Source of the DNA: Candidatus Heimdallarchaeota archaeon
GTDB taxonomy: Archaea > Asgardarchaeota > Heimdallarchaeia > Heimdallarchaeales > Heimdallarchaeaceae
NCBI GenBank assembly: GCA_030603365.1
Contig: JAUVXV010000001.1
Location: 160,001-224,000, forward strand
Reading direction: 5' to 3'
Length of the DNA stretch: 64,000 bases
Shown here piece after piece: positions 58,020 to 64,000 of the stretch. Each line of letters opens with the position of its first letter. Position 1 is the stretch's first letter. A model generated the notes under the pieces. The model saw only the letters and a program-made list of their open reading frames with translations, searched no databases and was not told where the DNA came from. The position numbers were made by a program, and so were the translations under genes.

Positions 58020-58763
58020 ATGAGCCAAGATTTTAGAGGCGTTACAATTGATAGACGAATAGACCTTCGAGGAAAGTCTATCGTTCGTTATGAGAAACAT
58101 GGGAGGAGATATGAATTACTAGTTAATCCTAATCCTGCGTGGTTATTTCTACAAGGTGAAGAAGTAGAAATTGATGATATTTTTGAATCATTTGTTGTAT
58201 ATGAAAATTTATCGCGCGGAGCAAAAGCAACTAACGATGATTTGGAAGTTTCTTTTGAGGGTTTAACAGAAAGAGAAATTGCAATTATGATTCTAAAAGA
58301 AGGTAAACTTCAATTAACAGCAGACCAACGAAACGAAATATTGAAGGAAAAAAGAATCGAAATAGTTGACTTTATTCACATTCATTGTATAAATCCACGA
58401 GAAAACGTACCTATACCTAAAGATAGAATTGAAAAGGCTATACTTGAATTAGGTGTAAATATAGATTTTAAGGAAGAGGCAAAAAATCAAGCTTTGGAGA
58501 TTATTAATTTACTCAAACCTGTTATGCCAATTCGTCTTGAATCTGTAAAATTAGCTTTAAAAATTCCCCCAAGTTATACAGGGTCTTTATATGGCACTAT
58601 CCGTTCATCTGGTGAACTATTACAAGAAGAATGGTTACCGGATGGGAGTTTAGTTGTTTTGGTTCAAATTCCATCTGGTACACAAGCTGATTTCTTAGAA
58701 GAAGTAACCTCGCGAACTAAAGGTAAAGCGCAAGTCAAAGTAGTAGAAAGACTTGCGGAATAA
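58020..58763 (+). CDS. Ribosome maturation factor SBDS/Sdo1
   Basis: G.RYELLV, GKLQLTADQR, INPR...P..RIE, PIR, EEW..DGS. Confidence 0.93.
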   Translation: MSQDFRGVTIDRRIDLRGKSIVRYEKHGRRYELLVNPNPAWLFLQGEEVEIDDIFESFVVYENLSRGAKATNDDLEVSFEGLTEREIAIMILKEGKLQLTADQRNEILKEKRIEIVDFIHIHCINPRENVPIPKDRIEKAILELGVNIDFKEEAKNQALEIINLLKPVMPIRLESVKLALKIPPSYTGSLYGTIRSSGELLQEEWLPDGSLVVLVQIPSGTQADFLEEVTSRTKGKAQVKVVERLAE

Positions 58764-58784
58764 GAAATACATGCTGTGATGTAA

Positions 58785-59486
58785 ATGTCTGAAATAAAAG
58801 TAAAGAATCATGAGATAGTTATACCAGGTGACTTACTAGGTGAAGGTACCATTAAGTATGGAGAAGGAGTAATTAGAAGGGGCAATTCATATTTCTCTTC
58901 TATAGTAGGATTGTTCCAAGATAAAGGGGATTTTATACAAGTAAAAGCCCTAAAAGGAAAATACCTTCCACGACCTGGAGATTTAGTTATAGGTAAAGTT
59001 GTAGAGGTTGGATTGACAAATTGGATCGTTGATGTTGGTTCTCCATATTCAGCAGTTTTAAGTGCCAACAATGCAACAGAAAAAAGATTTGATCCAGTAA
59101 AGGATGATACAAGAAGAATATTCAATATAGGGGATATGATTCTAACAAAGATTATGAGTTTTGACCGAACAAGAGATCCACAAATTCTCACAAATGAAAG
59201 GGGTCTCGGTAAACTAAGAGGTGGTCGTGTAATAGAGATAGAAGCCGCTCATATACCTCGAGTAATAGGAAAGAAAGGTACAATGATAAACATGGTAAAA
59301 AGACTTACACGAACTCAAATTATTACCGGTCAAAATGGACGAATCTGGGTTCAAGGAAAGAACGTAGATGATGAATTGAAGGCGATTGGATCTATTAAAA
59401 AAATAGAAAAGGAGGCACATACTCAAGGGTTAACAGATAGAATCCGAGAAATGCTTTCGATCAATCAAACAGAAGAAGAGGTGTAA
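58785..59486 (+). CDS. rrp4: Exosome RNA-binding subunit Rrp4
   Basis: VIPGD, YLPRPGDLVIGKV, S1+KH, PRVIGKKG, GQNGRIW. Confidence 0.95.
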   Translation: MSEIKVKNHEIVIPGDLLGEGTIKYGEGVIRRGNSYFSSIVGLFQDKGDFIQVKALKGKYLPRPGDLVIGKVVEVGLTNWIVDVGSPYSAVLSANNATEKRFDPVKDDTRRIFNIGDMILTKIMSFDRTRDPQILTNERGLGKLRGGRVIEIEAAHIPRVIGKKGTMINMVKRLTRTQIITGQNGRIWVQGKNVDDELKAIGSIKKIEKEAHTQGLTDRIREMLSINQTEEEV

Positions 59487-59490
59487 TATT

Positions 59491-60423
59491 ATGGCAGGAG
59501 ATGGTACTGTCAAGCTTATTGATGAAAAAGGAAAAAGACTCGATGGACGAACCGTAAATGATTTGCGTCCCACAGAGATAAAAATAGGTGTTGTAAAAAA
59601 TGCAGATGGTTCAGCAGAAATTCGAATGGGTAAAAACATTATAATTGCTGCAGTTTATGGACCTAGGGAATTACATCCTAAGCATAGAGCTCTACCTCAT
59701 AGAGCATTGATTCAATGTTTTTACAGAATGTCAACTTTTTCTGTAAATGATAGAAAAAGTCCCGCTCCCTCAAGGAGAGAAAAAGAAATTTCTATGATTC
59801 TAGCTAATGCACTAACATCAGTGGTATTAACTGAGAAATATCCAAGAACAACAGTGGATGTATATCTTCAAGTGCTTCAAGCTGATGGAGGCACACGTTG
59901 TGCAAGTTTAACAGCAGCATCTGTTGCTCTTGCGGATGCAGGAGTACCAATGAGAGGAATAATCTCATCTGTTGCATCTGGTCTAATAAATGATAAAGTA
60001 GCACAAGATTTGGATGATATAGAAGATCAAAAAGGTTCAGGGGATATGCCTTTAGGGTATTGTCCTACATTAAATGAAGTCTCTTTATTTCAGCTAGACG
60101 GTGTATTCACATTAGAGCAATTTGATGAGTGTTTAGATCTGTCTATTGAAGGTGCAAAGAAACTCCATACTATGCAAACAGATGCATTGAAACAGAAATA
60201 TACAGATATTCGTGCTGAAGTATCGGATGACGATGAACTTGCAAAAGAAAAAGTTAAACCAGTAGTCAAAGACGAGACTAAACCAGTAGCCAAAGACGAG
60301 ACTAAACCAGTAGCCAAAGACGAGACTAAACCAGTAGCCAAAGACGAGACTAAACCAGTAGCCAAAGACGAGACTAAACCAGTAGCCAAAGACGAGACTA
60401 AAGAAAAATCAGGAGATGAATAA
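59491..60423 (+). CDS. rrp41: Exosome exonuclease Rrp41 with repetitive C-terminal tail
   Basis: RLDGR..LRP, ADGSA, AVYGPRE, FS..RK, QADGGTRCA, GDMP. Confidence 0.95.
   Translation: MAGDGTVKLIDEKGKRLDGRTVNDLRPTEIKIGVVKNADGSAEIRMGKNIIIAAVYGPRELHPKHRALPHRALIQCFYRMSTFSVNDRKSPAPSRREKEISMILANALTSVVLTEKYPRTTVDVYLQVLQADGGTRCASLTAASVALADAGVPMRGIISSVASGLINDKVAQDLDDIEDQKGSGDMPLGYCPTLNEVSLFQLDGVFTLEQFDECLDLSIEGAKKLHTMQTDALKQKYTDIRAEVSDDDELAKEKVKPVVKDETKPVAKDETKPVAKDETKPVAKDETKPVAKDETKPVAKDETKEKSGDE
60256..60399 (+). repeat. In-frame tandem repeat, 6 x 24 bp (KPV[V/A]KDET)
   Basis: Unit AAACCAGTAGCCAAAGACGAGACT; copies 2-6 are identical and copy 1 differs at one base. Confidence 0.97.
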
Positions 60424-61243
60424 AATGGGTGACAAATATATTATTAGTGAAATTGAAAAGAACCACATCCAGTTTTTATTAGAACAAAAGAAACGAATTG
60501 ATGGCAGAGATCTATCAAAATTCAGAGAGGTCTCTATAGAAACTGATTATGTTCAAAAGGCAGAAGGTTCTGCTGTTGTATCATTAGGTGATACAAAAAT
60601 AATAGCAGGGATTAAAGCAATATTAGGTACCCCATTTCCAGATACCCCAAATACTGGTGTTATAACGACCAGTGCTGAATTATCACCACTTGCATCTTCA
60701 TATTTTGAAAGTGGTCCTCCATCCGAACATGCTATCGAATTAGCTCGTGTAACAGATAGAGCAATAAGGGAATCACATGTAATTGATTTATCTAAATTAT
60801 GTCTATTTCCTGGTAAATCAGTCTGGATACTCTTTATTGATCTTTATGTTTTAAATGATGATGGGAATCTATTTGATGCTGCTGTTCTAGCCGCTATGGC
60901 TGCTTTAGCTACAACAAAAATACCTAAAGTTAAAATTATATCTGAAGAAAACGCAGAAATTGAAAAACTAGAAGAAACTGAATCGCTGAAGATAGATCAC
61001 TATGTTGTTTCGGTTACAACTAACAAAATAGGAAATTATAACATCATTGATTCCAACCGTAAAGAGGAAAATGTCAGCGATGCAAGAATTACTTTTGGTT
61101 TTGATGAGGAAGATCATATAGTTTCAATGCAAAAGGGTAAACTAGGTGTCTATTCCCCTGATGTAATAAAGACTCAAGTAAGAGAATGTTTGAATGTATC
61201 GAAAACTTTAAGGAAAGAGCTGATGAAAGCGATTCCGAAGTAA
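60416..61243 (+). CDS. rrp42: Exosome subunit Rrp42
   Basis: RIDGR, AEGSA.V.LG.T, PFPDTP, GPP..AIELARVTDRAIRES, DDGNLFDA. Confidence 0.95.
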   Translation: MNKMGDKYIISEIEKNHIQFLLEQKKRIDGRDLSKFREVSIETDYVQKAEGSAVVSLGDTKIIAGIKAILGTPFPDTPNTGVITTSAELSPLASSYFESGPPSEHAIELARVTDRAIRESHVIDLSKLCLFPGKSVWILFIDLYVLNDDGNLFDAAVLAAMAALATTKIPKVKIISEENAEIEKLEETESLKIDHYVVSVTTNKIGNYNIIDSNRKEENVSDARITFGFDEEDHIVSMQKGKLGVYSPDVIKTQVRECLNVSKTLRKELMKAIPK

Positions 61244-61258
61244 GAAGAGGTGTAATTA

Positions 61259-61540
61259 ATGCCACGTACAAAGAAAGCAGGAACAACTGGTCGATACGGT
61301 GCCCGATATGGAAGCACAATAAGAAAAAGAGTTAGGCAAATTGAAGAAAAAAGTAAGGCCATCTATAAATGTCCTGTATGTTATATGAAAACTCTGAAAA
61401 GAGTAGGATTAGGGATTTGGGAATGTACCAAGTGCGGGGAAAAACTTGCAGGTGGGGCATGGGAACCAAACACTAGTGCAGGAAGAAGTATCACTAGACG
61501 TGTTACTCGTATCTCTGAAGGGTTAAAAGAGGAATTATAA
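61259..61540 (+). CDS. rpl37ae: 50S ribosomal protein L37Ae
   Basis: GRYGARYG, CPVC..GIWECTKC..AGGAW. Confidence 0.96.
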   Translation: MPRTKKAGTTGRYGARYGSTIRKRVRQIEEKSKAIYKCPVCYMKTLKRVGLGIWECTKCGEKLAGGAWEPNTSAGRSITRRVTRISEGLKEEL

Positions 61541-61610
61541 CCTCTTCTTTTTATATTTTCTATTTTTGTTTTAAATCCTTACATTTTAAAACTCACGAGT
61601 CAGTTTTTGT

Positions 61611-62177
61611 TTGATGAATAAAATAGGTTTCACTACTTCACGTGACCCTTCAAAGAAGACTAGATCATTTATCCATGATATAATCTCTGTAGTTCCCAGA
61701 TCTAAACGAATAGTAAGGGGTTCAATGTCCTTAAAATATGGTTTAACTTCAATGAAGAATCAAGGTATTGAAACTGCAATTATCATCAATTCTGTCAAAG
61801 GAAATCCTAATTTTGTTAGATTGTTTAGTTTATCTAGTGATATTACAGAACTTCCTTATGCAATTAAATTTCGAGGAGTAACACTCTCCCGAGAATATAC
61901 CAAGGAAAAAAAACGACAGAATAATCCTGCGTATTCAATTTTGATATCAACTCTAGATCATCCTAAGGAAGAGGATATTATCAAAAAATTCCTAGGTGTA
62001 TCTAATGATTCCATTGAAAAAATAAAGGATAAAAACTATGTTACAGTCTATGCAGACTATCTCGACAAAGATGAAGGTATAATTTTCATCGAATTTTTAG
62101 ATAAAGAAAATAATCAGGTAGGGCCAAGACTAAAATTAAGAGTAATTGATAGAGAAGTTGGGAATGATTTATTTTAA
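61611..62177 (+). CDS. Brix/Imp4-domain ribosome biogenesis protein
   Basis: FTTSRDPSKKTRSF, RG.MSL, KGNP, GPRL. Confidence 0.85.
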   Translation: MMNKIGFTTSRDPSKKTRSFIHDIISVVPRSKRIVRGSMSLKYGLTSMKNQGIETAIIINSVKGNPNFVRLFSLSSDITELPYAIKFRGVTLSREYTKEKKRQNNPAYSILISTLDHPKEEDIIKKFLGVSNDSIEKIKDKNYVTVYADYLDKDEGIIFIEFLDKENNQVGPRLKLRVIDREVGNDLF

Positions 62178-62191
62178 TTTGTGTGGTTTAG

Positions 62192-62476
62192 ATGAATAAT
62201 CAAGTGATAGACAATATTAATGTTGAAATGAGATTTATATTCAAGAAAAATGAAACCACTCAACGAATATATGAAACACTTATGCTAGAATCCACTTATG
62301 ACACAAATGAAAGAGCAAAAACCACTATTAGAGTTGAAAACAACACTCTAATTGTAAATATCCTAGCTAAGGATTCTGTTTCTGCAAGAGCAGCATCAAA
62401 TTCTTTCCTAAAATGGATAAACCTATCCAAACAGTTGCTATCTTATGTAAAAGATGTTAACACCTCATCAACCTAA
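62192..62476 (+). CDS. pcc1: KEOPS complex subunit Pcc1
   Basis: AKDSVSARAASNSFLKWI motif; follows the Brix gene. Confidence 0.85.
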   Translation: MNNQVIDNINVEMRFIFKKNETTQRIYETLMLESTYDTNERAKTTIRVENNTLIVNILAKDSVSARAASNSFLKWINLSKQLLSYVKDVNTSST

Positions 62477-62486
62477 ATAAGATTCT

Positions 62487-63314
62487 TTATGTTATGCCTG
62501 CTTCTTTCAGCTTTCTTTGAATCAGTGGTTTCATAATCATTTTTCTAAATGCTACTTTGAAATACAAGCTTTTCTTGAAATATCGTGCTACTTTTTTGTA
62601 AGAATCAACTGTACTCCAAATACTTGGATAAGCACTAATTTCATTTACTATGATTTTTCTGAAACCTCTCTTCTTTATATCCTGAAGAATTTTGTCAACT
62701 GGAAGCACCCCAGCTCCAAATGCATAATGTGAGTCTTCTCCCTCATTGCAATCTGAAAGGTGAATTTCTTCTAATTCCTCAAAAGGCATCTTATCTAGAA
62801 GGTCCATATATGTCTTTGGACCATTTCTTAAATAGGAATGGGCTACATCAAATAACCATCCCTTCAACTGTGATCCAAGCTCTTGTTTTAATTTCTTGTA
62901 TAGTTCCTTGAATTCTTCATCAGATGTAAAACAGACATTCTCTAAAAGTAAGGGGATTTTTAATCGCTTAAGATTGTTTACTAATGTTTCAAAATCTCCA
63001 TGAGTTTCAACAGGATGAAAAACCCCTAGAATAATATTCAATTCATCTCCATAATCATTGATAAGCTTAATAATGTCATCAATTTCTTTTTGTTTTTCAG
63101 AATAGGCAAAATCAAACCCTTCTATTTCTGCGACAGGAAGATGAAAAGTTGTTTTCATCCCTTCAAGTGTTGCTATAATTTTACTAACATTCTCTAAATT
63201 TACTCCCTGCGGGTTAATCTCTCCAGCTTCTATACCCAATGTTTTTGCAAATTTAATAATATGCTCACATTCTAGTCCTTTATACGCTTGTATAGTTTGA
63301 CCTATTAAAACCAT
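62487..63314 (-). CDS. Xylose-isomerase-like TIM barrel (sugar-phosphate isomerase/epimerase family)
   Basis: FHLP, VFHP, LLEN, FDVAH, IHLSD, H...G.G, VNE. Confidence 0.8.
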   Translation of the reverse strand: MVLIGQTIQAYKGLECEHIIKFAKTLGIEAGEINPQGVNLENVSKIIATLEGMKTTFHLPVAEIEGFDFAYSEKQKEIDDIIKLINDYGDELNIILGVFHPVETHGDFETLVNNLKRLKIPLLLENVCFTSDEEFKELYKKLKQELGSQLKGWLFDVAHSYLRNGPKTYMDLLDKMPFEELEEIHLSDCNEGEDSHYAFGAGVLPVDKILQDIKKRGFRKIIVNEISAYPSIWSTVDSYKKVARYFKKSLYFKVAFRKMIMKPLIQRKLKEAGIT

Positions 63315-63373
63315 AATTAAAGTTGGTAGAGTGAAATATTTAAATTCATTCCTTTAAACAGATATTGGAGCAA

Positions 63374-64000
63374 ATGAAGGCAGAAAAAGCAATCGTTCGT
63401 GAACCAAGTAAAAGTTATACCCAATGCATAACATCTCACCCATTAGGTCATACTGTGAGCTTAGATTTAGCAAGAAAGCAGCACAACAAATACTGTGATA
63501 CTTTAACAGAATTAGGACTTGAATTAATCAAATTACCACTAAAAGATGAGTATCCAGATGCTTGTTTTGTTGAAGATAATGCAGTAGTTCATGGAAACAA
63601 AGCATTCATTACAAGAATGGGGGTTGAGAGTCGACGTGGAGAAGAAGTTGATGTTGAATCAGCTTTGAGACAGTATTTTAGCATATCAAAGGCAACAAAT
63701 TCCGCAACTATCGAAGGGGGAGATGTTGTACATTTACCTTCTTCGCTCATCTGTGGAATAACTCAAAGAACAAATTATAAAGGAGTAGAACAAATGAGGA
63801 ATTGGTTAGATGTTCAAATAGCTACGATAGAAAACCCCAATATTGTTCATCTGAAGAGTTATATGAAATATTTGGGAAAAAATATTCTTATCACATCTAA
63901 AGAATATGAAAATCATCCTTTAGTGAAAGATTTGGATTTGCTAATAATCCCAAAACAAGAGTATTATTCAATAAACTGCCTTTCAATTAATGATACAATT
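63374..64000 (+). CDS. Dimethylarginine dimethylaminohydrolase / amidinotransferase family; truncated by the window edge
   Basis: Not in the ORF track; translated by hand from ATG 63374: ARKQH..Y, PDACFVEDNAV, SRRGE, IEGGDV, RTN, HLKS. Confidence 0.88.
   Translation, partial: MKAEKAIVREPSKSYTQCITSHPLGHTVSLDLARKQHNKYCDTLTELGLELIKLPLKDEYPDACFVEDNAVVHGNKAFITRMGVESRRGEEVDVESALRQYFSISKATNSATIEGGDVVHLPSSLICGITQRTNYKGVEQMRNWLDVQIATIENPNIVHLKSYMKYLGKNILITSKEYENHPLVKDLDLLIIPKQEYYSINCLSINDTI

Noticed and set aside
60256-60399. 24-bp repeats as a CRISPR array
   Set aside because: Units are directly adjacent with no spacers, in frame within rrp41, and no cas genes are present.

Overview
Low-GC archaeal chromosome segment, most likely from an Asgard archaeon (Heimdallarchaeia-like). 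The assignment is inferred from the co-occurrence of a Rab-like GTPase, a Roadblock/LC7 protein, a UEV/ESCRT-I-like protein and a WD40 protein with standard archaeal information-processing genes. Most of the window is housekeeping: aIF2-gamma, RpoE'/Spt4, ribosomal proteins, TFB, RNase P, IleRS, ABCE1, exosome, KEOPS Pcc1/Pcc2 and base-excision repair genes. The best candidate for an undescribed system is the operon at <1-8358. It joins a Lys12-like (homo)isocitrate dehydrogenase, two different aconitase-family hydratases (one a fungal Lys4-like fusion), an HD protein and an ATP-citrate-lyase-like pair, with no homocitrate synthase in view. This suggests an ATP/CoA-dependent (homo)citrate cleavage or synthesis route. 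A second candidate is a Roadblock / inactive-KaiC / coiled-coil-wH / Rab cluster (13727-16509). Its Roadblock protein shares a C-terminal MIM1-like helix with an unlinked Pro-rich coiled-coil protein located near the UEV gene. Reading the intergenic DNA gave two box C/D-type sRNAs (12251-12318 +, 38306-38363 -) and structured leaders upstream of ileS and rpl15e. Other oddities are a catalytically dead GAN/Cdc45, an ABCE1 lacking one Fe-S cysteine, a frameshifted radical SAM gene and a 6 x 24-bp coding repeat in rrp41. I found no tRNA, rRNA, CRISPR array or mobile element. All calls come from manual motif recognition; no searches were run.
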